Shown: positions 21,403 to 34,600 of the stretch, one piece after another
Position numbering within the stretch: position 1 is the stretch's first letter
Layout of the letters: each line of letters starts with the position of its first letter
Assembly (NCBI GenBank): GCA_950097015.1
Contig: CATNEN010000001.1
Location: 24,862,001 to 24,926,000 of the forward strand
Origin: Macrostomum hystrix
Taxonomy: Eukaryota > Animalia > Platyhelminthes
DNA length: 64,000 nucleotides
Direction of reading: 5' to 3'
Translations under genes and position numbers: made by a program
Notes under the pieces: generated by a model
Databases searched by the model: none
What the model was told of the DNA's origin: nothing
Seen by the model: only the letters and a program-made list of their open reading frames with translations

Positions 21403-24400
21403 ATGCGGATTGTGAAGCCGCAGTGGATCCAGCTCGATGGCGGCGGCCCAATATTTTCCATAGACTTGGACGCCGCCGGTGACCGAATTGCCACCGGCGG
21501 TCAGGGTGACGGCTGTGGCCTGGTGCTGCTGTGGCACCTGGAACCCGTGCTCAATCCTGTCAGTAAGCGACCCCGAGAGCTCTGCCGCCTCACCAGCCAT
21601 GCCAGCTGCGTTAATGCCGTCCGATTCGCTCCTCGCGATAGCGGTGGCGGCGGCGGCAACAAGAAGTGGCTGGCCTCAGGCGCCGTGGACGGTCTTGTCA
21701 TGCTCTGGTGCCACATGGGTGGCGGCGATGATTCGTCCAATCCATTGTTCGGCGGCGGAGTTGAGCACTGGCGCTGCGCGGCCACCCTGCGAGGCCACGA
21801 AGGCGATGTGCTGGACCTGCAGTGGTCGCCGCTTGGCGATCGTCTAGCCTCGGCTTCGGTGGACAACACAGTGGCCGTCTGGCAGGTCTGGCCGGTTGGT
21901 CAGCACAGGCGGCTGGCCACTTTAAGAGGCCACAGCGGACTGGTGAAGGGCGTGGCCTGGGATCCTGTGGGACGCTATTTGGCTAGCCAGGTGAGTTCTG
22001 CTCAAAATCTTCTTGACTAGTGCTTTCCTACCATTAAATTTCTTGATTACTCGTACATACTGAATAATATGCAAGTACTACACAAGTCGGGGCCGCGCTT
22101 AGGCGTTACAAATCAATGGACAACAAAAGATCGCGTGGTCCACAGCAGCTGGTTTTTTGCCGAAAAATGCATGGAATGAATTATATTGCCACTTTTTGCC
22201 ACTGAAAGTTTGTCATCGTTGTTTTAGAAACAGATCCAAAACAATCTGCTCACTAAATTTGAAATCTGAAAACAATCAACTTGATGTCGGATGAGAGAAT
22301 GAAAATACTACTTCCCCAGTGCTTTCAAAAGCTTAATGCATATGTAGTAAAAAAAGTATAAGAGAATCGATGTTTGCATCAATACAGATTGACAGAAATC
22401 GATGAAGCTATAAATAAGGTAACTAATTGGGGAGGGGCGGTGGCACAGTGGTTTACGCGTTCGCTTCTCGCACAAATGTCCTTTAGGTAGATTCCGCGGC
22501 GAGGCCACATTTATTTGGGGGTACAGCCGCGGAGCAAACGCTTAGGGCTTGTCGTGCAATTTACGCCCTTGTGGGCCAACCTCCAAGGCACAATGTACTG
22601 CCAAGTTTACACTGCCTGACGATTAGAAAGTCGGGGCAGATGTACACACCTGTGATACGTACGGTAACTGTGCGTGTGTGCTCAGGAGTCAGCGAAATGG
22701 GCAGAATTGCCTCCACGCTTGCTGCGGATCTACATGTAGTGTCACCAAATGGTTTTCCATTGACCGCAGCCCTCCTGCAATTATTATTATTATTCTTATT
22801 ATTATAACTTAAGGTAACAAATATCAAAAGATGAGCCTTTGATTTGCCTCCAATCAAACAGTCACTAAGTTCGTGTTGAAATAGTGAAAATTCCTATCTC
22901 CGTAGTGAGTTTTGTTGTGAAATCAGCCTCACTAAATGTTTTCTAAGAAACAAAGCTTTCCGTTTTTTCTAGTGGTCCCTGATAGCTTTCTATTGAGGGT
23001 GAGTTTACGAGTTTAAAGTTCTGATCACTGATCTGAAACTAGCTCGTAACTATGTAACAGGCTGTCCTCAGTCAGAATTTCGACTCAAAGATGTCCGCAT
23101 AGCTATTTCCTCCTACTAGAGAAAGACCATAGGGGGAGTAATCCAAAAACCCACTGCCTACTTCAAGGAGTCGAAAATACTTGGCCTGCACAAAATGTTC
23201 CATTCTAGAGCGACGATGGCAGCCTGAGGGTCTGGCGCACAGACACCTGGCGCCTGGAGGCCCGCGTGACCGCCCCGTTCGAGGCCGCGCCGCAGTCCAC
23301 GCCCTTCCTGCGGCCCTCCTGGTCCCCTGACGGCGGCTTCATCTTGGCCGCCAACGCCGTCAACTCCGGCTTCCCAACTGCTCCGCTGATCTTTCGCGAC
23401 AACTGGGCCTCCAATATGGACCTAGTCGGGCACATCAAAGCCGTCACCTGCTGCGCTGTGTGTCCTCTCCTGCTCCTGCGAAGGCCTCGTTCCAATAGCA
23501 GAGTCAGGAACGGCGCTCCCGCGGCAGACGGTGACGCGGCGAAGGAGGTCGCAGAGGATGCAGCCGATGAAGAGGTCCACGCTGCTTGCATGGCTCTGGG
23601 ATCTAAGGTAGGGCAATGTTTGACTCACACTGACTCGACTCTTGCAGAGGTCCATGAGTTCGAATCCGCGGAGAGTCACGTTTATTTTGGGGGCCGTATT
23701 TTCCTGGGATAGACATCGATCTTAAGTTATTTAGAGTGAAGACTCACTCACCTTAATATTAGTAACTACTTGTAGCAACAATTAATAATGCTGTCAAGTT
23801 ATGTCAAGTGAACTGAGAGGGCGCTGTGCCCTTGATTGTATATTTATTCATGCTTATGTTGGACAGAATGGAGGGGCTTGGTCGGTGCGATAACAAAATA
23901 GTGCGCGACTAAGGGTAAGATATGAGTCTAGAAGGTCTGAGAGGCGGACCAATCAGAAGGCGGTATAGGAGAGAGATCAATGTCAGAGGTAAAGAACCAC
24001 AAAGAATAAGAGCGAGGCAAGAAACGAAATTGAAGAATCTAAGGTATGACAGACGAGATTGCAGAGGAACGAAAGACGAGGCATGAAAGTCGCGACACGT
24101 GCGGCTGTTCAGTCCATGGACTGGGGGGGGGACCGGGGACCATAAGTTAGCCAAGCTGATGCTCGTACCCATTTAACAGCTGTGTGAACTGAAGCAATGC
24201 AGAGTTAAGTGTCTTCCTAAAAGTCACAAACTGTTCCAGCTGAGTCGGGATCGAACCCCAGACCTTTAAGTCCTGAGTCCCACACACTCTATCCACCAGG
24301 CTGCAACCTCCTACTTGTAGCAAACCCTGACCCGGACCGCACTTCCAGGACCGCAGCGTGTCCATCTGGCTGACTTCGATGCGCCGGCCAGTGCTGGCGC

Positions 24401-27400
24401 TGCACGACCTGTTTGCTGGCAGCATCTGCGACCTGGTCTGGTCAGCGGACGGCTGCATTCTGGCCGCTGCTTCACACGACGGCAGCGTCGCATTGCTGCA
24501 GTTTGAGCCTGGCGAGCTGGGCAAACCGCTAGGCCTGCAGGAGCTTGCTAGGCTGCACCGGCAGCGCTACGGCAACACGGCCCTGCTCAACGGAGCTGCT
24601 GGCTGCGATAGGCTCTTGCCAGTTAGCGACCCGCATCTACTCAGGTTTGAAGGGCTTAAATTAACTCGGCTGATCACCGCCTGTCCTCTTCTAGGGTCTT
24701 TGTTTTTTCCTTTGTTCTCTTTGGTGTCTTTGTTGTTTGTATTTTTCCCATTCGGTCTTTGTTGTTTAACGTGTTCTCTAGTATCTTTGTTTCTTGTGTT
24801 CTCTTCAGTATCTTTGTTTCTTGTGTTCTCTTCAGTATCTTTGTTTCTTGTGTTCTCTTCAGTGTCTTTCTTTCTTGTGTTCTCTTCAGTGTCTTTGTTT
24901 TTTGTGTTCTCTTCAGTGTCTTTGTTTCTTGTGTTCTCTTCAGTGTCTTTGTTTCTTGTGTTCTCTTCAGTGTCTTTGTTTCTTGTGTTCTCTTCATTGT
25001 CTTTGTTTCTTGTGTTCTCTTCAGTATCTTTGTTTCTTGTGTTCTCTTCAGTGTCTTTCTTTCTTGTGTTCTCTTCAGTGTCTTTGTTTTTTGTGTTCTC
25101 TTCAGTGTCTTTGTTTCTTGTGTTCTCTTCAGTGTCTTTGTTTCTTGTGTTCTCTTCAGTGTCTTTGTTTCTTGTGTTCTCTTCATTGTCTTTGTAGTTT
25201 CATGTGTTCTCTCTGGTGTTGCTATTGTTTCCTGTCTTCTTTTTAAGATCTTCGGTTTTTTCATTTGTTCTGTTGTTTTGTCTGATAATTATGTCCAACT
25301 TGTCGTCTCCGTTCTGATTGGGTATTTTTTACTTACACCCTACCCCCAATCCGCTCACTTTCACAGGCTTCAACAAGCCGTAGCTGTAGCCAAAGCACCA
25401 ACAGCTGCTTCCACTCCGCTGCAGCCGCCGCCACCCCCGCCATCAGGTCCGGCTGAACAGGTTGAGAGCCGCGGCAAAGATGGGAAACGTCGCATCACGC
25501 CTAAGTTTCTAGGCCACCTGTACCTGCCTGAGCAGCAGCAGCAGCAGCCGCCAGAGGCGACTGTACCGACTGAATCAACAGCTGCCCCAAAAACCAGTCC
25601 CGAGCCTCCAATCCTGGACGGACCGGTCCAACTACCGCCGCCTCCGCCTCCGCCACAGCCCTCGCAGCAACCTGTAGCTCCGCCGCCTGTACATTCTTCG
25701 CCCTCCGTGTCTCCCACAAAGCAGCAACAGCAGTTAAACAAGAAGCGCGGCAGGCCGCCCCGTCTAGTGTCGATGTCCTCGATGGAGCAGCAGAACTTCA
25801 GCGGTGACTTGGGCCAGGCTCCCGAATCCGCAGAGCAGCCAGCAGCCAAGCAGTCCAAGCTGCAGCAGAAGCACCGCAGGCAGGATCAGGGCCAGCAGCG
25901 GAAGCAGCTGAAGAGCCAACAGCCCAGATCTAGAATATCCTCTTCGTCATCGTCTTCGGAAGCTTCGGCCGCATCGTCGGGCAGTTCAACGGCTGACTTG
26001 TCGGCCGATTCCGATCAGGCAGTTGACGTCGGCAGTGCCCACAGACGCAGTCAGGCCGCCTTTCTGCCGTGTCGGCTGACTTTCGATGGCGAAGCCGCAC
26101 ACGGCGTCGCGTTTGCCACAGCCCCCCTGACTAATGGTCGGCTGGCCCGGGTTGAACGACGTCGCAGCGGTGCGAGCTGCGCCTTAGCCTGCTATTCGTT
26201 GAGCCTCTGCCTTGGCGACACGCCATTGTGGACGGTGAGTCTTTGAGATATCTAGAATCTCTGGGATAACAATAGTAAGGGCCGTCATCCTCACCCGCTG
26301 GGACCTAACTCCGACATTAAACTTTAAACGGCCCGACACAAAGAAAGGGAAAATCGGGCCGATTTATTCCCGATTTTCATCTTGTTGGGGCGTCCGTGCC
26401 GTCGGGTCGATTTTAGGCAGACGAAAGTCGCAAACAAAAGATGAAAAACCGATCGACATTCATCTTCGTACGATTTTCATCGGTTTTTGTCGGACCAAAA
26501 GTGAAAAATCGGCCCGAGAAAATCGACGACTCATAGATTTTTCAAAAAACCGTAACGACAACTCCGACTTTCAGCCATAATAACTCCGACTTTCACCTGT
26601 GTAGAAATATGACGATGTATATCCGTCCGATTTTCATCGATATTCATCTGTACATGTCGGACCAACTGCTACACGACTTTCGCCCGACACTGAAGACCCG
26701 ACTTTCATCGATATTCATCTGTACATGTACATGCTTATCAAATAGAGACTCTAGTTGGCGTTGACTAGGAGGGAATCTGAAGAGTAGTACGAAACTCGTG
26801 TGGAAATAGAAAACATAGAAAATTGCCATGATGATCTGCGTACGCAACGGCAAAAAAGTTAAAAGACAGTACACTGTAGACAAGATCATGTCGCGATCAG
26901 GACACCTTTCAGATCTTTGCACTGCTCACAGTTATTTTGTTAGTGTAATTATAATGGTACTTGTTTACAATAAATACTAAGAACCGTCGGAAAATATCAT
27001 CTGCATTCCTGTTGATTGCATGCGCAGCAACTGGTAGCCAAAGCAAGGTAAAAAACTCTTTAAGCATTAAACGAGGAATGAAATTCGGGTGAGAGTCGTG
27101 GAAGAATCGATCCAACACTTTCCCGACAGTCAGGGGGGTCGGTGGCAGAGCGGTTATCGCGTTTGCCACTCGCACCACGGTCCCTAAGTTCGATTCCACG
27201 GCGAGGCCGATTCCACAACAGCCTTCATCGCTCTGCCACTCATTCCCATATCGGACATCAACAACCTTCATATAAAACTCTTTATCCCAGATCCCGTTGT
27301 CGCGTCCCATCACTTGCCTCGCGGCTGGCGGCAGAGCCATCGCCGTTGGTGACGCCGGTGGCAGGCTGCACCTGTTCGCTCACGACGGCGCTCGCCTGTC

Positions 27401-28524
27401 GCCTCCGCTGCTGCTGCCTGGCGATGTAGCCGGATCTCCTGCCGCACTGGCAGCCAGCGTTGACGGCCGCATCGCCGCTGTGACCCAGTCCGGTCAGCTG
27501 ATCGTCTGGCAGCTCTTAAACCCGTCCGCCAGCTCGGCAGCAGTTCGCCGACTCATTCAGGAGCCCGTGCCGCGGCTCAGCGCTTCGCCGCTTCGAGTTG
27601 CTTCGCTCAGCCTGCACAGCGGCGACGCCTCCGCTCTGCTGGCCTGCTCCAGCGGACACGCCGTCTGCTACTGCGCTGCTCACGGTGCCTGGCTAGACAT
27701 CTTGGTGAGACTTGATGGAGCAGCCGAGGTTTGGAGCGGGCGGAGAAAGATTGGCAGAGGGCGGACAGAGATTGGGAGAGGGCGAGAGGGCGGACAGAGA
27801 TCCGCAGAGGGCGGAGAGGATTGGGGGGATATCGAGACAGAAATGTAGAATGCAAAAAGGCCTGTTGATGTTTGAGTGAGACAAAGATACTTGATATTTG
27901 GTACTCGAACATGACTGCTAGCAGTAGGCAGGCTAGAATAATTTCTCATACTTTGATCATGCGTGAATCACGCAGGATCCCGAAGACCCCGGAGCCGCCA
28001 TCTGGTTTCGCAGCCACGCCCGGGCTGCAGTCGGCCCAGGCGGAGGCGTTTTGCAACTGCTGCAGTCCGCTGCTGCTGCTGCTGCGGCCGCGGTGGCGTC
28101 TTCGGTCACTGCGAAGGCGGCGTCCAATCAGAACCTGTCGGCTGCCTCAGCCGCGGTCGCGGTTGCCGCCTTCCTCGAGCGCCAAGTGGCAGCTGCCAGG
28201 GCTCTGGAATCCGTTTCAGAGCTGCGCCACTGGCTGGGGCTCTACGCCAGGCATTTGGCTGTCAACGGCTTGGAGTCCCGGCTGCGAGCTCTCTGTGAGG
28301 ACCTTCTGCTGGGCTGCGGTGCAGCGCTGCCGTCAGCGCCCCAGGAGCAGCAGCAGCAGCAGCTGCTGGGTCTGAGCAAGCGCAGCCTTCTGTGCGACTT
28401 GGTGCTGCCCGCTTTCGCTCTGAATCTGGGCCTTCAGCGGCTCTTCCAGGAGGTCCGGCAGCAGCTAGACCTGTTTGGCGATGACAGCTCTGCTGCCTGT
28501 GCCTCGCACCCGCTGCTGCAATGA
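21403..28524 (+). CDS. HIRA: Histone H3.3 chaperone HIRA, about 1037 aa; exons 21403-21990, 23209-23607, 24349-24644, 25367-26234, 27291-27704, 27976-28524
   Basis: N-terminus MRIVKPQW...IFSID...ATGGQG, WD40 repeats (LRGHSGLVKGVAWDPVGRYLASQ|SDD), B-domain QVESRGKDGKRRITP and C-terminal RLRALCEDLL...QRLF. Splice phases are consistent. Confidence 0.93.
22433..22700 (+). mobile_element. tRNA-derived SINE (family B) in HIRA intron 1
   Basis: A-box GGTGGCACAGTGG and degenerate B-box TAGATTCC; the body (CGCCCTTG.GGGCCAA.CTCCAAGG...TGTACACACCTGTG) recurs at about 48840-48980. Confidence 0.6.
24097..24311 (-). mobile_element. tRNA-derived SINE (family A, CORE-like central domain)
   Basis: tRNA head with GGTTCGATCCC B-box; central ACTTAAC...TTGCTTCAGTTCAC.CAGCTGTTAAATGGGTAC; homologs at 40817, 48573 and 58015. 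Confidence 0.75.
24760..25200. repeat. 27-bp minisatellite (CTCTTCAGTGTCTTTGTTTCTTGTGTT) in HIRA intron 3
   Basis: About 16 tandem copies; explains the periodic ORFs. Confidence 0.95.
26325..26730. mobile_element. Probable non-autonomous DNA transposon/MITE relic in HIRA intron 4
   Basis: Dense internal inverted and direct motifs (AAAATCGG/CCGATTTT, CGATTTTCATC, CGACTTTC). Termini not resolved. Confidence 0.35.
27133..27210 (+). mobile_element. tRNA-derived SINE head
   Basis: GGTGGCAGAGCGG A-box and GTTCGATTCC B-box; similar to the 22433 head, including the CGGCGAGGCC end. Confidence 0.55.
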
Positions 28525-28990
28525 CCCCCTCCCCTTGTATGACCCTTCTCTGTATGACTTCTCTGTATGACTCTTCCCTGTAAAATTCCCTCTGTTATGA
28601 ACTTTTTGTGTACGATCTATGACCCCTTTTCCTTATATGACCCCTTTTTATTCTTTGACCCTTTCTCGGTCTATGACCCTTTCTCATTCTATGACCCTTT
28701 CTCATTCTATGACCCTTTCTATTCTATGACCCTTTCTCATTCTATGACCCTTTCTCATTCTATGACCCTTTCTATTCTATGACCCTTTCTCATTATATGA
28801 CCTTTTCATTCAATGACCCTTTCTCATTCTATGACCCTTTTCATTTTATGACCCTTTCTCATTTTATGATCCTTCTCTGTATGATTCTCTCTGTATGACC
28901 TTTTTGTGTACGATATGTGACCCTTTTTTCCATGACCCTTTCTCATTCGATGACCCTTACTTATTGTATGACCATTTCTCATTCTGACTC
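28521..28990. repeat. ~18-bp degenerate minisatellite (ATGACCCTTTCTCATTCT) in the HIRA 3'UTR
   Basis: Tandem copies beginning at the stop codon. Confidence 0.9.
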
Positions 28991-29645
28991 CTCTCTGTAT
29001 GAGCTCTTCTGCTTTTTTACTCCTTGTCTGTTTGACCTGTTTTCATATATTTCCTTTAAATCAATTAGTTCCTTTTGTGGCCACTTATCCAAATGATCTC
29101 TTTCCCTCTACGACCCATCCTATGCGGCACATTTTTTCTTCTTTTGGCGTTCAGAACCGTCTTCTATATTTGTTCCTAGAATGTATCTATTCTCACGATT
29201 ATTAGAACCATTGTAAACGTTTTTTAAACCAAATTTGTTTGCATTTTACTGTTGTTAATTATTGTCAAAAAGTCTACTTGGTTTGTCATGTCAGGAACTT
29301 TTTCTCAGCTTAATTGCCTCGTTACCTTTGAGTGCTAAATTGAAGTTCTTTCACTAAGCTTGTTATCTTAGTTAATCATAGCTTTATTAGCCTAAACTAA
29401 CACTTGTGAGAGTTAAAAGTTAATTTAACTGACAATTCATCCCTAACAGCAGCTCACTTATTAAATAATTTTAATGCGCATTTACGTGTTTAAAGGCAGA
29501 ATATTGTTAACTTCTTCAAACAATAGAATATTGCTACTTTAGCAGCAATAAACACACTCGCAAATTGTTCCATATTTTGCTACTTTTATACTCATGGATC
29601 TCGTCTTTGACTTCCGCTCGTCTGTCAATTTTCGTGCCAAAAATA

Positions 29646-30575
29646 GACTGTCAATCAGCCAGTTTATAGACTGTCAATCAGCCAGTTTATTGACTGTCAA
29701 TCAGCCAGTTTATTGACTGCCGATCCGCCAGTTTATTGACTGCCGATCCGCCAGTTTATTGACTGTCAATTAGCCAGTTTATTGACTGTCAATTAGCCAG
29801 TTTATTGACTGTCAATTAGCCAGTTTATTGACTGTCAATTAGCCAGTTTATTGACTGTCAATCAGCCAGTTTATTGACTGTCAATTAGCCAGTTTATGAA
29901 CTGTCAATCAGCCAGTTTATTGACTGCCAATCCGCCAGTTTATTGACTGTCAATTAGCCAGTTTATTGACTGTCAATCAGCCAGTTTATTGACTGTCAAT
30001 TAGCCAGTTTATTGACTGTCAATCAGCCAGTTTATTGACTGTCAATTAGCCAGTTTATTGACTGTCAATTAGCCAGTTTATTGACTGTCAATTAGCCAGT
30101 TTATTGACTGCCAATCCGCCAGTTTATTGACTGCCAATTAGCCGGTTTATTGACTGTCAATTAGCCAGTTTATTGAATGCCAATCAGCCAGTTTATTGAC
30201 TGTCAATTAACCAGTTTATTGAATGCGAATCACACAGTATATTGAATGCCAATCAGCCAGTTTATTGACTGTCAATTAGCCAGTTTATTGACTGCCAATC
30301 CGCAAGTTTATTGACTGCCAATCACCCAGTATATTGAATGCCAATCAGCCAGTTTATTGACTGTCAATTAGCCAGTTTATTGACTGCCAATCCGCCAGTT
30401 TATTGACTGCCAATTAGCCGGTTTATTGACTGTCAATCAGCCAGTTTATTGACTGTCAATTAGCCAGTTTATTGACTGTCAATCAGCCAGTTTATTGACT
30501 GTCAATTAGCCAGTTTATTGACTGTCAATTAGCCAGTTTATTGACTGTCAATCCGCCAGTTTATTGACTGCCAAC
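29646..30575. repeat. 23-bp minisatellite (ATTGACTGTCAATTAGCCAGTTT), about 40 copies
   Basis: Tandem copies; most units contain the palindrome ATTGAC-T-GTCAAT. Confidence 0.95.
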
Positions 30576-31619
30576 GTCTGCTCTATTGCAGTTAAAAACA
30601 GCGAAAAATAGATGAATTAGTCACAGCCCGATCATGATAAGCCACAGTCTGAACTGTGGAGTGAATAGTGTGGCTACTTTATTTTTCACCTGGTTGAAAA
30701 CCTGACATGACATTTTCCTCATAACGAGTGTGGAGCCCTTGTTCCTATACTATTTAAAGTCGGTGTAAGTTTAACTGTTAGGCTAGCTAGCTGTTTCACT
30801 GTTCACACATGTGCAAGGACTAGTGAGTACAATTCCTGCACTGCAACCACAGTCCATGCAGTAAGTTTGCTGCTGTCAGCTTTGATAGTTTCTGCTGCCA
30901 CCACACAAGCAACCAGGCCAGCAATTTAAAATCAGCTGCATTTCGGGTTGTCCTACAAATATTTTATTTACTCGAATTAACTTTTTCATTGTGCTTCATG
31001 TGTATCAAAAATATTTCAACTGCCCTGTAGGAAACCACTGATTGGCTGGCAATCGTGTTTTTAGTTTTTGCTCTTAAGGACACAGACTGAGATTTAGCTA
31101 CCCTTGCTTAGTACAATGAGTCATAAACTGTTCAGAAAGCCTGAATCATTTCGCTGGCTGTATATTGTTGATTACACTGACCAATGAATAAATCAATGAG
31201 GGCTTATAAAACAATGCGCTGAGAATAGTAATGAATACGGCAAAATTATCAGAATCCTACCAAGGACCACTAGTAAAAGGACGGGACATATCGTGTCTTG
31301 TAAAATGTATTAGAGGCAGATTTTCACGGTAAATGCACTGGTGAGACAGGAACTTTTCACGTTTTTCACATTAAAATGTTAATAACTTTTAATTGGAAGC
31401 TATCTCGCTAGTGCATAATCCGTGAATTAATCTGCATTTAATACGTTTTTCCAAGAAACTAATTACGTCCTTCTTCCAGAGGTCCTTGATTCCTACATGC
31501 TCCATCAGATTATTGGAATGAGTGTGCCTTTTGCCCTTCAGAAACGCAAAAGAGTATTCAACATGGTCTATCCTAACAAATAATAATACTGAACCATGCA
31601 ACAATGTTATAAAATGTTG

Positions 31620-34600
31620 CTAAAAAGCGTTGCAAAAGCAGAACTTTCTCAGGTGAGGGGCTCGCTCCATCACACAGTTGGCCTGCCTGCCGTACTTGTT
31701 GATTCGCGAGGATTCAACAGTCTGGACAAAGTTCAGCTCAAACTGGGGCGCATTCTTGCTGCTCAACGAGAACTGAGCCGTAGCCTCGTACAGTCCGCCA
31801 TTCGGTGACGTCGTGAAGCGGGTCGTGACGTAGCCCGAAGCTCGAACGGCCTTGTCGAGCTTGCTGACAGCGAATGCGCCTTCGGCAAAGCGAAGCCGTT
31901 GAGCGAAATCGGCGCTGGCCTGCATGGATTCGGTGAATCAATTCATCACTCACAGTTCTAGAGCAACGGAATTGAACGCATCGGTAAAACCGAATAGAAT
32001 TAAAAAACATCGGCATCGCCGAGATATTCAACGATTCCCGTGGGCATAAGTTTTCAGCCTCAAAATTTCGTCATATAATAATGTCGGCTATCATCACGCT
32101 AGTATTCTAATAATACTAAGGCTGACGTCGACGACGGGCGGGCGGGACGGGTTTGTAACGAACGTCCTCCTAGACGGTTGCCAACTGGGATGAGAGACCA
32201 GCACCAAAAGATGCCAAATTTTCCTACGATGGTTATAGCAGGCTTAAAATTATCAATTTCAATTTCCTGTTCTTATAAATGTTCTCGCAGTCAGAGCTCA
32301 ATTCTTCGATTCTTCGTCTATGGCCATAAACTAAAAATGAGCAACTTTACTGCTTGGGGTATGTAGCTGTAGTGTACTTACAGGCATGTGCTTACAAATA
32401 AAGCTGGCCTGGGGCTGCCTTCACAGTCCCAAAAATGGACTATGTTAAGTTAAAGTTATTTAAGGTTCACGGAGTTCTCTTCGCATAGTTAGAGTTTGAC
32501 GGATAGGAAGATCAGGCGATTGGAGATGAGGCGATGGGAGATCAGGTGATGGCAGTTCTCTCCCCTTAACTTCATCCTCCGGAGGAATTCCCCTCGTAAA
32601 TCTCGTAAGAATCTCTAAGATCTGTTTTACCTCAGTTTCTTATTTCATTCTACAGCCTGAATTCCTGTATTTTTTCAAAGTTGCTCCATTTGATTGGCAA
32701 TTCTAGTGAGATTATGTGGATCGCTCTGTGATTGGAAAAATTCTAATGGGAAGATGGCTAAATGATCGAAAAGCATGCATTTTGCTGCAATTTTCAAAGT
32801 TCAATCCTTTTCATCTCAAATTCAATGCAATTTAAAGTGTAACAAGTTAGCCATGATTTAATTTAAAAGGCAGTTTTGTCGACTTTTATCGATAGCCGGA
32901 ACAGCGGCATTATAAGGCTTCAGCAACGTATTATGGTATAAACGATCACTCAGCGATAATGGCATGTCTATGGCACAAACTGCGCCAATCCGCCATGAGC
33001 CAGAAGCTGACAAAATTTGGACGCTTATATTTGTTTCTTTTAATTATCAATTAAAGTATTTTACCAACCGGTAAAAGCATTATAAGGCTTCAGGCCTTAG
33101 ACAAATCAACTCCCCCTATAACGCCGTTGCTTGTCGACCGACAGCCGCCAGATAGCGTTATAGGGGAGTTGATTTGTCTATGGCCTGAAGCCTTATAATG
33201 CTTTTACCGGTTGGCTGCCTCGCAGTTAATGGCGATTACGATCTCGGCGCTACGCGCCTCGATCGACCGCCATTAACTTGCTCGGCACCCAACCGGTAAA
33301 GTTCCATTACTAGAACGAAGGCAGGGATGGTCTAGGCTAAATTTCAGCGACCTAAATTTATTTGATTAAACTGTTAGTTGTTTCAGTTTTGAACGAATAT
33401 ATATTTGCAATAGAAGCTTATGAAGGGCAATTTTAGTTGTCCTTGCCACCAGGGTCTCCGACAAGAATCGCTTCAAGAATGTGCCTCAAGAACGTTCGCC
33501 TGAAGTGTACTAAACAGAGCAACATATTCTACAGGGTGGAAGGCGTTGCAAACTCACCAGGCTGATCTCAGCCTCGACAATGCTGTCGAGTCGCAGCTCA
33601 GCGCAGAGGTTCCGGAAGGCCTTGGTGGCCAAGTTTATCTGCTTCACTGCGAACTGAGCAGCCCGCAAGGCCAGCTGGTGAGAAGCGGGATTCTCCAGCC
33701 GAGTAGCGCTCAGACAAGAGCACCAGTGTGTGGGAATTCCCGCATCTGAGCAGCTTCTGTTCTCAGGAACTGTCTCTTCAATCAGCGAGTACGGCCTGAA
33801 CTTGCTGCCGGCGCCACGGTCTCTCGCCGCTCCGGCGATGCTCAGCAGAGTCTGGTGAATGTCTGTGGGAGCGGTCAGCCGGTTCTGATTGGTCGCGAGG
33901 GTCTGTCGAGCGGCCGTGAGCCGAGCAGTCAGCTGACGGCTCAGCGCGAATGTCATCAGAGGTAGCGACTCCTCTAGCTTTCCCTGCATGGAGTTCCTCA
34001 GCGGTCCGAGTCTCTGTCCGTGGTCCGACATCAGGATGAGAGTGGTGTTGCTGATGAGCTTCTCAGCCACGAACCAGTCCAGGAACTTGCTGATCTCCGA
34101 GTCCATGGGAGTGAGGTCCAAGCTCTCATGAGACAACGTGGAGAAGAATGTGAATGAGAACTTTGGTCTGTCGGGGTACAAGGTGAACATGTCCTTGACT
34201 GTGTTGAGCATTCGACCAGCCGCGACCTCATCCCCGATGCAGATCCTCTCAGTCTGCATGGCCTCCTGCTGTAAGAGCGCCGGTCTCAGGTAGAAGTCGG
34301 CGGGCTCGTTCTTGAAGCCCAGGAACCGAAGCTGGAAGGTCCCTGCAATGAGAATGAGCTGACCTGCACTTTCGCCTCAAATATTACATCACATATTACA
34401 TCATCAACGTGGCTCAACCAGCAACACTCCCACGGTGTCAAGACTCAATGTCGGCTGCATGGAACTCACCGAAGCTGTTGCCCTCCTCTCCGTACAGAGT
34501 CAGGTAGCCCAGGTCGCGAAGCTTGTGGAAGATGAAGCGCATACTCTCGTCGAGTTGCCTGGCGTCCTTGAAGCCCCGTCGAGCCTCCGGCATCTCCTCC

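Noticed and set aside
29646-30575. CRISPR-like appearance of palindromic repeat arrays (also 41477-41871)
   Set aside because: Units are contiguous with no unique spacers, there are no cas genes, and the context is eukaryotic.
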